Part shown: positions 28,924 through 37,827 of the stretch, piece after piece
How positions within the stretch are numbered: position 1 is the stretch's first letter
Layout: every line of letters begins with the position of its first letter
DNA from: Bacillota bacterium
GTDB lineage: Bacteria > Bacillota > Sulfobacillia > JABLXB01
Direction of reading: 5' to 3'
DNA: 64,000 nucleotides
NCBI GenBank assembly: GCA_013178305.1
Contig: JABLXB010000001.1
Location: forward strand, 426,516 to 490,515
Position numbers and translations under genes: made by a program
The notes under the pieces: model-generated
What the model was told of the DNA's origin: nothing
What the model saw: only the letters and a program-made list of their open reading frames with translations
Databases searched by the model: none

Positions 28924-30837
28924 TTAGTCGCCGGCCCTCACGTACAGCGCGGCGGGTATCTCCTTCAGAAACCTCGACTCGATGGACGGCATATATTCGC
29001 CGTACATCATCCTGTCGCGCGCGCCCGTCAGGTACAGGAGCTCCTTGGCCCTGGTCATCCCGACGTAACAAAGGCGCCTCTCTTCTTCGAGTTCGTCCTG
29101 GTCGCCGATGGATCTCGAGTGGGGGAATAGCCCCTCTTCCATCCCCGACAGAAACACCACGGGGAACTCCAGCCCCTTCGCCGTGTGCAGGGTCATCAGG
29201 GCCACCGAGTCCTTGCCCTCTTCGTATGTGTCCACGTCACTCATCAGCGAGACCGACTCAAGGAACAGATCGAGCGTGTTCTCGGGGTTGGCAATCTCGA
29301 ATTCCCTCGCGACGTTGAGCAGTTCCTTCAGGTTCTCGACCCTCGTCATCGCCTCGATTGTGCCCTCGACTTCCAGAGCCGCGAGGTATCCCGTACGCTC
29401 GAGCACGTCCTCGACAAGCCGGAATAGCCCGGTGTGTTCTGCAAACGCCGTCATGAGAGCGTGGAAACCGGTCGCCGCTTTGGCGCCCGCCCCACGAACT
29501 CCCTCAATCTGGTCCGCCCTGCCCATGGCATCGAGAGGCGAGATCCCCTCGCGCCTGGCGTATGCCATGATCTTATCCATGGTGCTCTCGCCCAATCCGC
29601 GCTTGGGCACGCCGGCCGCGCGGCTCAGGCTGATGGAATCGTGCGGGTTGCGCAGCAGCTTCAGGTACGCCATTACGTCCTTTATCTCTCTGCGCTCGTA
29701 GAACCTGAGACCGCCCACCAGGTTGTACGGAACGTTCGAAGTCATGAATACCTCTTCAAACGCACGCGATTGCGCGTGCGTGCGGTACAGCACCGCGAAC
29801 GAGGAGTACGGCAGGCCAAACAGCTTGCGCAACCTGGCGATTTCCTCCGTCACGAACGTGGCCTCGCCGTGCTGGTCGGGGGCGCGGTAGTAGATCATCC
29901 GCTGGCCCTGCCCGTTCTCCGTCCAGAGCCGCTTTTCCTTGCGCGACATGTTGTTGCGGATGATGTTCCAGGCGGCGTCCAATATGTTCTGCGTGGAGCG
30001 GTAGTTCTGCTCGAGTTTGACCACCTTCGCGTCGGGGTAGTCCCTCTCGAACTCCAGGATGTTGCGGATGTCAGCGCCGCGGAACTTGTATATCCCCTGA
30101 TCGTCGTCGCCGACTACGAACACGTTCCGCTGGTCTCCCGCGAGCACCCTGACGAGCTCGTACTGCGCTCTGTTGGTGTCCTGGTACTCGTCCACGAGGA
30201 TGTGCTGGAACTTGATCCTGTAGAACTCGAGCACGTCGGGCCTTTCGCGGAACAGCCTGAGCGTCTCCAGCAGCAGGTCGTCGAAATCCAGCGCGTTGTT
30301 GTCGCGGAGCTTCTTCTGGTACCGGCGGTATACCTCGGCCACCCGCTCCTCGAAGAAGCCGCGCGCACCCGCGGCCATGGCCTGCGGGCCCTCCACGTTG
30401 TTCTTGGCGCGGCTTATCGTCGCGAGCACCGCCGTCGGCGAATACTTCTTGTCGTTAAGGTTCAGTTCTTTGAGGCACGCCTTGACCGCGGTCAGCTGGT
30501 CGTCGGTGTCCAGTATGGTGAAATTGCGTTGCCCGCCTATCTTGTCATAGTCCCTCCGCAGTATCCTCACGCACGCGGAGTGGAAAGTGGAGACCCAGAT
30601 GTCGCGCCCCAGGTCACCGAGAAGGCCCCTTACCCTCGCCTTCATTTCGCCGGCGGCCTTGTTGGTGAAGGTAATGGCGAGTATGCGGCCCGGGTCCACG
30701 CCCTTCGAGACGAGATACGCGAAGCGGTGTGTGAGCACCCGGGTCTTTCCGCTGCCTGCGCCTGCGAGTACCAGCACAGGGCCGCCGAGATAGGCGGCGG
30801 CCTCCTTCTGCTGAGGGTTCAATCCATCGAGGATCAT
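28924..30837 (-). CDS. pcrA: ATP-dependent DNA helicase PcrA/UvrD (SF1)
   Basis: Walker A AGAGSGKTRVLTHR, the DEYQDTN motif and SF1 motifs III-VI. It lies upstream of ligA, as in Bacillus. Confidence 0.9.
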   Translation of the reverse strand: MILDGLNPQQKEAAAYLGGPVLVLAGAGSGKTRVLTHRFAYLVSKGVDPGRILAITFTNKAAGEMKARVRGLLGDLGRDIWVSTFHSACVRILRRDYDKIGGQRNFTILDTDDQLTAVKACLKELNLNDKKYSPTAVLATISRAKNNVEGPQAMAAGARGFFEERVAEVYRRYQKKLRDNNALDFDDLLLETLRLFRERPDVLEFYRIKFQHILVDEYQDTNRAQYELVRVLAGDQRNVFVVGDDDQGIYKFRGADIRNILEFERDYPDAKVVKLEQNYRSTQNILDAAWNIIRNNMSRKEKRLWTENGQGQRMIYYRAPDQHGEATFVTEEIARLRKLFGLPYSSFAVLYRTHAQSRAFEEVFMTSNVPYNLVGGLRFYERREIKDVMAYLKLLRNPHDSISLSRAAGVPKRGLGESTMDKIMAYARREGISPLDAMGRADQIEGVRGAGAKAATGFHALMTAFAEHTGLFRLVEDVLERTGYLAALEVEGTIEAMTRVENLKELLNVAREFEIANPENTLDLFLESVSLMSDVDTYEEGKDSVALMTLHTAKGLEFPVVFLSGMEEGLFPHSRSIGDQDELEEERRLCYVGMTRAKELLYLTGARDRMMYGEYMPSIESRFLKEIPAALYVRAGD

Positions 30838-30981
30838 GCGGGCATCCTTTCGCCGTGGTCTACAGGGTGATTATACCACAGGGGCCGCCCGCACCCGCAG
30901 TCTTTGAAAATCCGTTGTCAACCGGAAGTAATTGCAGGAATTTGCATCTTGGCTGTAATACAAATCTTGCGTGATGCCTGG

Positions 30982-32256
30982 ATGAGACGCTTATGGTCGT
31001 TGCTCGTTCTGGTCCTGATGTTGGCCTGCACCTTCACTTCATTGGCTCTGGCGGAGCCACAAAGGCCAATATCCGTTCTGGTTGACGGGTTGCCGGTTAC
31101 ATTCGACGTTCAGCCGTTCATTCAGAACGGTCGCACCCTGGTGCCGTTCCGCGCCATAGCGGAAGCGTTGAACGTCAAAGTCACCTGGGACGGCAAGACT
31201 CGGATTGTGAGTGCGACGGACGGCAAAACCGCTGTCCGCCTCCAAATCGGCAATAAGACTGCCTACCGCAATGACGCTCCCGTTCCCCTGGACGTGCCAC
31301 CGGTGATTCTCGGAGAAAGGATGCTGATCCCGGTGCGGTTCTTCGCCGAAGCGTTCGCCTGTAACGTGGATTGGGATGCTCCCGCCGGCGTAGTGAGGAT
31401 CGTCTCTCCCCCAAAAGAGATAACGGTGGTGGGCTTCTACGCCCTGGGTGACAGCGACACCAGCAGCTGGGCAAACCTGTTCGGCCGGCCATACCCGGAG
31501 ACGGACACCGGAAACACTGACGTCATCAGCGAAATCGCGTTGGGATGGTATAGCCTCGATAAAGACGGCGTTCTCCTCACGCGAAGCAGGACCGGCTGGC
31601 AGCGTCCGGACGGGTGGGAGGACGTGCTTCGGGCCGCCGGGAAGTTCAACCTGGAGACGGAGATGGTAGTCCACGTCACGGACGGGGACGGGACCGTTTC
31701 TTCCCTGCTTGCCAGCGAGGCCGCCATGACCGGGGCGGTCCGGGCCATAACGCAAGAGGCGAAGAGATACGACGGGATCAACCTTGATTTCGAGGGCCTG
31801 GGTTATCAGGACACCGGTGAACCACTGGGACTGGTGCAGCGCGAGTTCACGGCTTTCGTTCGCCTCCTGTCCGAGCAGGCAAGAGCCTCCGGTCTTGGCC
31901 TTACTCTCACGCTGCACGCTCCGAACAGCGCCTATAAAGGCTATGACTACAAAGCGTTGGGAGATCGCGCCGACAGGATTGTCGTCATGGCCTACGACTA
32001 CGGCTCGAAGCCGGAACCGGTCAGTCTCGTCGCGCAGGCAATGGAAATGGCGAAGGCGCTCGTCCCGCCAGAGAAGCTGGTGCTGGGGATTTCCGCGCCC
32101 GCTGAGACGGCTGAGAGCATACCGGCCAAGGTCGGCATTGTCAAGCGTTACGGCCTCGGCGGCATCGCCTTGTGGAGGCTGGGTGTGATCACCGACGGTA
32201 TGTGGAAAGCGCTGAGAGACACCGTGCGAGCAAGAAGGGTGGCCTCGCCGGAGTGA
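30982..32256 (+). CDS. secreted GH18-family glycoside hydrolase with copper-amine-oxidase-like N-terminal domain (spore peptidoglycan hydrolase YdhD/YaaH-like)
   Basis: Signal peptide MRRLWSLLVLVLMLACTFTSLALA/EP, a Cu_amine_oxidN1-type domain (LVPFRAIAEALNVKVTWDGKTRIV) and the GH18 catalytic motif DGINLDFEG. The ORF-track start at 30904 (TTG) is less likely. Confidence 0.8.
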   Translation: MRRLWSLLVLVLMLACTFTSLALAEPQRPISVLVDGLPVTFDVQPFIQNGRTLVPFRAIAEALNVKVTWDGKTRIVSATDGKTAVRLQIGNKTAYRNDAPVPLDVPPVILGERMLIPVRFFAEAFACNVDWDAPAGVVRIVSPPKEITVVGFYALGDSDTSSWANLFGRPYPETDTGNTDVISEIALGWYSLDKDGVLLTRSRTGWQRPDGWEDVLRAAGKFNLETEMVVHVTDGDGTVSSLLASEAAMTGAVRAITQEAKRYDGINLDFEGLGYQDTGEPLGLVQREFTAFVRLLSEQARASGLGLTLTLHAPNSAYKGYDYKALGDRADRIVVMAYDYGSKPEPVSLVAQAMEMAKALVPPEKLVLGISAPAETAESIPAKVGIVKRYGLGGIALWRLGVITDGMWKALRDTVRARRVASPE

Positions 32257-32304
32257 CGGTACGAATCCCCCCACCACGTTCCTGACGACTTCGAGTTCCT
32301 TCAC

Positions 32305-32454
32305 ACCATTCAGGTTTCCCCGCGGAGCACATCCCTGGTCACTGTCGCAGACATATCGGAAGTGGACATTCTGATTGTGGACGACGGCATTGCAGCGGAA
32401 CAGAAGCGGGCGTTCGAGGAGTCGGGGATCCAGGTGCTTGTAGCCGGAGAATAA
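32305..32454 (+). pseudogene. remnant of the C-terminal end of a DeoR-family regulator (no start codon; begins directly after the GH18 stop, in frame with it)
   Basis: The translation ...STSLVTVADISEVDILIVDDGIAAEQKRAFEESGIQVLVAGE* matches the typical DeoR C-terminus (hDhLITD....l...GVeVi.a). A TGA (the GH18 stop) lies immediately upstream with no ATG or Shine-Dalgarno. Confidence 0.35.
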
Positions 32455-32523
32455 CAGTTCCCCGTGACTACCCAGGGAGCCGCCTGCGTCATTGTGGGCC
32501 GGAGCCCCCAAGCCCCGTCAGAG

Positions 32524-35500
32524 TTACCCGTTCTGGGAAAAGATCTTGAGGAACGCCTGCACCACGTCCGGGTCGAACTGGGAGCCCGCGCCCGCGCTGA
32601 TCTCCTTGAGGGCCGCCTCGTGGCTGACCGGCTCCTTATACCTTCTCCCGTGTGTCATCGTGTCGTAAGCGTCGGCAACAGCGATGATCCGGGATATTAG
32701 CGGAATCTCCTCCCCCCGGAACCCCTGGGGGTAGCCGGTGCCATCCCACCGTTCATGGTGGCTCAGGATTGCCTCGGCAATCGGGGCCATTTCCGGCGAG
32801 GACGTGGCGATACGGTAGCCGATCTCCGGATGCTTCTTCACTATCTCCCATTCCTCCTTCGACAGGGTCGCAGGCTTGAGAAGGATGTTATCAGGTATCG
32901 CTATCTTACCTATGTCGTGAAGGGCAGCCAGCAGTGCCAGCTCGTCCAGTTTGCTGTCTGACAGACCGACGGCCCGACCAATGTCCAGGGCCGTCTTCAG
33001 GAGGCGCTTGGCGTGCTCCTCGGTTTCGTGACTCTTTTCCCTCAGGGTCTTTTGCAGGGAGAGGATTATGAAGCTGCGCGTACTCTTGTTCTCCAGCAGT
33101 TTGTTCCGGTACATGCGGTCTTCGGCTTCTTTAAACAGCTTCCAGATATCGTCGCCGGGTTGTTCCTTCGTCACCGCCCCCAAGGCTATGCTGAGCTGGA
33201 CCGGATCGCTGTGGGATTCGAGGCACGCCTGCCTGATACGTTCGCATACCTCCATTGCGCCCTTCTGGGTGGTCTTGGGCAGGACGATTACGAATTCATC
33301 GCCGCCCCACCGTGCCACGACATCATCTTTCCGGCATGAACTCCTGAGTATCCGAGCCATCTCGACCAGGTACCTGTCGCCTTCATGGTGGCCGAGCGCG
33401 TCGTTTATCAGCTTGAGACCGTTCACGTCACCCATGATGATGCTGATGGGTAACCGCCTTTCCCGGCTGGGCCGCGCAAGTTCATCCTCGAGATACGCCC
33501 TGTTGTAAAGGCCCGTGAGCCTATCGTGATAGCTCAGGTACTTGACCTGCTCCTCGGCCCGTTTCCGCTCGGTAATATCCCGGAAGATGCCGAACGTGCC
33601 GATCAGCTTCTTGTGGCTGTCGAACCTGGGAGCGCCCGTGAGGATCAGGACTCTCTTCTCGCCACCCGGACGGGTTATCTCGATTTCATATGTGGTCTTG
33701 AGCCCGAGCTGTCGCAGCTCCACGTTCTTCAAGAGTGTCTGAAGGCTCTCGCTGTCGATGAATTCCCTGAGGCTCCGCCCGACCAGCCTGCCGTGGTCGA
33801 GGCCGAAAATCTCGTGCGCGGCCGGGTTCGCGAAGGTAAACCGCTCCTCCAGGTCGAAAATGCCGATACCTTCGTCCTGGTTCTCGACCAGCATCCTGTA
33901 CCTCTCTTCGCTCTCCCTGAGCGCGTTCTCCCCGTGTTTTCGCTGGATGTGCGCGGCGAGTATTTCGGATACCGTCCTGAGGAGCTGGGCATCCTCATCA
34001 GACCATTCCCTCGGCCCGCGCATATGGTCGAACCCGAGGAGCCCCAACAGCTCCCCCGCGCAAAAGATGGGGACCTCGAGTACCGAACGTACGCCCTGCG
34101 CTTCCAGTACCTTCCGTTGCCCGGCTGCCTCGTCCGGCAGATTCGCTGTGTCGGATACGATGATGGTCTCGTTATTCAGCAGCCTGCCTATCCACCATGG
34201 AATACGGGGGGACTCTGTCCACTGGATGCTGTCGACCTGTGGTTCCACCCCCGGCGCAAGCCATTCAAACGTCTTGTCCAGCCTCTCCCTGGATTCCCTG
34301 AACTGGAAAACGTAGGCCCTGTCCGCGTCGACGACTCTTCCCAGGACAGCCAGTACAGCGTTCAGGTCCCCCGTGTCCGCCGACACCAGTATGGCGGCTA
34401 CCTGCGCGACAGCCTCTTCGAGGGCGAGCCGGTGTTTCAGTTCCTTCTCGGTGCGTTTGCGTTCGGTAATATCCCTGCTGGCGATTATTGTGCCGCTCAA
34501 GCCCCCATCGTCTAGGAGCGGACTGCTCACCGACTCAAGCCACACGTAGTGGCCCCCGGCATGCCTGCACCGGAACTCCACCCGCTGCGGCAGGCCGGCT
34601 CCGGCGATTTCCTGCATTGCAGCCGACAGGCAGCCCCTGTCGTCGGGATGAGCCAGATCCAAGACGGCCGTTCCGGTGATTTCTTCCGGGCTATGGCCGA
34701 GAACCGTCAGGTGCGAGGCGCTGGCGTACTGGACGATGCCGTTCTCGTCTACCTGACAGAGGAGGTCCAGCATATTGTCGTTGATGCGCCTGAGCCGGGC
34801 CTCACTCTCTCTCAGCCCGCGCTGGGAGATCTCGACGGCCTCGAGCATCCGGTTGATCTCCCGGCCGAGGTTCGACAGATCGTCCTCTCCTCTTACAGCC
34901 AACCGGGCTGAAAGATCACCTGTGGTGCGAACGCGGTTGACCCCCGAAACGAGGCGGGCCAGAGGCGACAGTACCATCTTCTCCATGGCCAGGACGATCA
35001 GGGCCCCGAGAAACAGACTGACCAGGATTGCGAATGCCTCCAGGCGCCACAGGTTCTCACGCGCCTGGTTGTATATCGCCCTGGGAAGATCCACGCGTAC
35101 GACGAAGCAAGGAGCCCCGTATATATCCTCGACAATTGCATACCCCCTGGCGTCTTCAGTCCCCGCGTACTGTACGTGGATCCCCTTCGTACCCGATGTC
35201 GAGCCGCCGGCGGCGCGCAGATCGCCGGGTAAGCCTGGGTCATCCAGACTCAAGATAGAGACTGGCAGGCGGACCGATCCCGCAAGCCGTTCGACCGCAG
35301 GCGTGTCCAGGAAAAAGCCCATGATTAGTGCGCCGCGGATGGGCCCTTCGGACTGGCTGTTCAATATCGGGCGAGAAGCGACAACCATCGGACCTTCGGG
35401 AAGAAGCAAGAATCCCCCGAGACGGCTGTCGGTTGAGCGGTGCCGCAGCAGGGGTCCTTCCGTGGAAAGGTGTTCTGCCATTCTCAGAACGGGCAGTTCC

Positions 35501-35874
35501 GTTCCGGTTCGCAGGTCGAAGCTCTTGCCGAATACCACCTTACCGGCCGGGTTCACAAACAACATCAGGTTAATCTTGAGATTAGTGAAGGTGGATCTGG
35601 TCAGGTTAGACTGGATATAGTCGTCATTCAAGTCCTCGACGAACGAGTATGTGTCGTCCCAGATCGCCCAGTCGGCGCAGGTTGTATCCAGGTGAGCCAC
35701 ACTTTCGCGCAGGGCGTTCAAGGCGACGTCCACATTCCGCCGCGTTTCAAGCGTCTCCAGCGCGCTGATGTTCGCCCGCAGTGTGCTCTGAGTATACATG
35801 TGGAGAATCGCGAGCAACAACACCGTCGTCATCCCAATAATGATGAGAGTCCTCTTGCGTAGCCTCATTGGCAT
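32524..35874 (-). CDS. multidomain c-di-GMP signalling protein: TM-CHASE4-TM-HAMP-PAS-GAF-PAS-GGDEF-HD-GYP
   Basis: GGDEF active site RWGGDEFVIV with RLTGLYNRAYLEDEL. HD-GYP motifs HDIGKIAIPDNILLK and HHERWDGTGYP. The periplasmic CHASE4-like domain lies between TM1 (TLIIIGMTTVLLLAIL) and TM2. The likely start is MPMRLRK near 35874. Confidence 0.9.
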   Translation of the reverse strand: MPMRLRKRTLIIIGMTTVLLLAILHMYTQSTLRANISALETLETRRNVDVALNALRESVAHLDTTCADWAIWDDTYSFVEDLNDDYIQSNLTRSTFTNLKINLMLFVNPAGKVVFGKSFDLRTGTELPVLRMAEHLSTEGPLLRHRSTDSRLGGFLLLPEGPMVVASRPILNSQSEGPIRGALIMGFFLDTPAVERLAGSVRLPVSILSLDDPGLPGDLRAAGGSTSGTKGIHVQYAGTEDARGYAIVEDIYGAPCFVVRVDLPRAIYNQARENLWRLEAFAILVSLFLGALIVLAMEKMVLSPLARLVSGVNRVRTTGDLSARLAVRGEDDLSNLGREINRMLEAVEISQRGLRESEARLRRINDNMLDLLCQVDENGIVQYASASHLTVLGHSPEEITGTAVLDLAHPDDRGCLSAAMQEIAGAGLPQRVEFRCRHAGGHYVWLESVSSPLLDDGGLSGTIIASRDITERKRTEKELKHRLALEEAVAQVAAILVSADTGDLNAVLAVLGRVVDADRAYVFQFRESRERLDKTFEWLAPGVEPQVDSIQWTESPRIPWWIGRLLNNETIIVSDTANLPDEAAGQRKVLEAQGVRSVLEVPIFCAGELLGLLGFDHMRGPREWSDEDAQLLRTVSEILAAHIQRKHGENALRESEERYRMLVENQDEGIGIFDLEERFTFANPAAHEIFGLDHGRLVGRSLREFIDSESLQTLLKNVELRQLGLKTTYEIEITRPGGEKRVLILTGAPRFDSHKKLIGTFGIFRDITERKRAEEQVKYLSYHDRLTGLYNRAYLEDELARPSRERRLPISIIMGDVNGLKLINDALGHHEGDRYLVEMARILRSSCRKDDVVARWGGDEFVIVLPKTTQKGAMEVCERIRQACLESHSDPVQLSIALGAVTKEQPGDDIWKLFKEAEDRMYRNKLLENKSTRSFIILSLQKTLREKSHETEEHAKRLLKTALDIGRAVGLSDSKLDELALLAALHDIGKIAIPDNILLKPATLSKEEWEIVKKHPEIGYRIATSSPEMAPIAEAILSHHERWDGTGYPQGFRGEEIPLISRIIAVADAYDTMTHGRRYKEPVSHEAALKEISAGAGSQFDPDVVQAFLKIFSQNG

Positions 35875-36123
35875 CCTTGGGCAGCCGCAATTCGGAGAAA
35901 AAGAGCCCCCCACAAGTACTTGTATCGTCGAATCCTGTCGAATCATTATGGGGACACTCCTAGATTTATTCCAGCCGACTGGGGGCGGCGCCCCCGGCAA
36001 GCCCGGCCAATTGTTCACGATAACTTAAACTTGTGGGGAGGGAATGAAAGGAGCCTGTAGAATAATACCGAAATCGAGGCTTTTGCCTTGGACCTTCCGC
36101 ATAGCGGAAAGGAGTAGCCAGGG

Positions 36124-37827
36124 ATGTACCTTATGGACCAGCCCTTAATCGTGCAAAGCGACATGACCATCCTGGTCGAAGTGGCCAACCCTTTCTACGA
36201 GCGCGCGCGGGACCTGCTTCTGCGGTTCGCCGATCTCGAGAAAAGCCCAGAGCACGTCCACACCTACAGGATCACGCCGATCTCCCTGTGGAACGCCGCC
36301 GCGAGCGGTATGACCGCGGCTGAGATAACCGAGACGCTGGCGTCCCTGTCAAAGTACCCGGTCCCGCAGAACGTCGTCCACGAAATCGGCGACTACGTCG
36401 GCCGGTACGGCCGGCTCAAGATGTACTCCACCCCGAGGGGACTCGAGATCGTCTCGACGGACGATTTCGCCATAGCGCACGCGATACGGCACCCACAGGT
36501 GAAGCCGTTCATCATGCGGCAGATGGATTCGCGCACCCTGCTTGTGGCGCCGGACTGCCGCGGCAGGATCAAGCAAGCCCTCACGAGGCTGGGCTACCCC
36601 GTGGAGGACCTCGCCGGCTACGTGAACGGCGAGCAGATGAACCTATCGCTGCGCTCCACCACACGGGCCGGTCTGCCATTCGCTCTGAGACCCTACCAGG
36701 AAGCGGCGGTGAAGAGGTTCTACGCCGACGGCGCCGAGACGGGCGGCAGCGGCGTGATCGTGCTGCCGTGCGGCGCCGGCAAGACGGTCGTCGGAATGGG
36801 CGTCATGACGGAGCTTCAAGAGCAGACGCTGATCCTGTCGACGAATATAGTCGCGGTCCGGCAGTGGATAGACGAGCTCCTCGACAAGTCGGACCTGACC
36901 GAGGACCAGATAGGAGAGTATTCAGGAGAGAAGAAGGAGATCAGGCCGGTCACGGTCAGCACCTACCAGGTGCTCACGCACCGGAAGGGCGCGAGCGGCG
37001 AATACCCGCACTTCTCGATATTCTCGCAGCGCAACTGGGGTCTCATCGTATACGACGAGGTGCACCTCCTCCCCGCGCCGGTGTTCCGCATCACCGCGGA
37101 GCTGCAGGCGCGCCGCCGGCTGGGGCTCACGGCCACCCTGGTCAGGGAGGACGGGCGAGAACACGAGGTGTTCAGCCTGATCGGACCCAAGCGGTTCGAC
37201 GTCCCGTGGAAGGATCTCGAAAAAGAGGGCTGGATTGCGGCGGCTTCGTGCTTCGAAATCCGCGTCGAGATGGACCAGGAGCACAGGCTGGAGTACGCCG
37301 TGGCCGACGAAAAGAACAAGTATCGCGTGGCCTCGGAGAACCCGCGCAAGACCGACATCGTCATGGCGCTGCTCAAGTCGCACGAGACCGACCAGGTCCT
37401 CGTCATCGGCCAGTACCTCGACCAGCTCAACAAGATCGCGGAGATCACGGGGGCTCCGCTCATCACGGGCCAGGTCCCCAACTCTCAGAGACAAAGACTA
37501 TACGACCAGTTCAAGAAGGGCGAACTACGCCTGCTCATAGTGTCAAAGGTGGCTAACTTCGCGATCGACCTGCCCGATGCGAGCGTGGCCATCCAGGTAT
37601 CCGGCACTTTCGGTTCCAGGCAAGAGGAGGCCCAACGGCTCGGCCGCATCCTCCGCCCGAAGAAGAACGGCGCTCCCGCGAGGCTGTACTCGCTCGTCAC
37701 GCGGGACACGAAGGACCAGGAATTCGCCCAGAACCGGCAGCTTTTCCTGACCGAACAGGGCTACAACTACACAATCATGAATGAGGCAGCGTTCCTCGAG
37801 GAACTGAAGGGGGCAGGCATCGAGTGA
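36124..37827 (+). CDS. XPB/Ssl2-type SF2 DNA helicase (ERCC3/Rad25 homologue)
   Basis: An XPB N-terminal damage-recognition-like domain is followed by helicase motifs (VIVLPCGAGKT, DEVH, QRLGRILR) and a RED-like C-terminus. Confidence 0.9.
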   Translation: MYLMDQPLIVQSDMTILVEVANPFYERARDLLLRFADLEKSPEHVHTYRITPISLWNAAASGMTAAEITETLASLSKYPVPQNVVHEIGDYVGRYGRLKMYSTPRGLEIVSTDDFAIAHAIRHPQVKPFIMRQMDSRTLLVAPDCRGRIKQALTRLGYPVEDLAGYVNGEQMNLSLRSTTRAGLPFALRPYQEAAVKRFYADGAETGGSGVIVLPCGAGKTVVGMGVMTELQEQTLILSTNIVAVRQWIDELLDKSDLTEDQIGEYSGEKKEIRPVTVSTYQVLTHRKGASGEYPHFSIFSQRNWGLIVYDEVHLLPAPVFRITAELQARRRLGLTATLVREDGREHEVFSLIGPKRFDVPWKDLEKEGWIAAASCFEIRVEMDQEHRLEYAVADEKNKYRVASENPRKTDIVMALLKSHETDQVLVIGQYLDQLNKIAEITGAPLITGQVPNSQRQRLYDQFKKGELRLLIVSKVANFAIDLPDASVAIQVSGTFGSRQEEAQRLGRILRPKKNGAPARLYSLVTRDTKDQEFAQNRQLFLTEQGYNYTIMNEAAFLEELKGAGIE

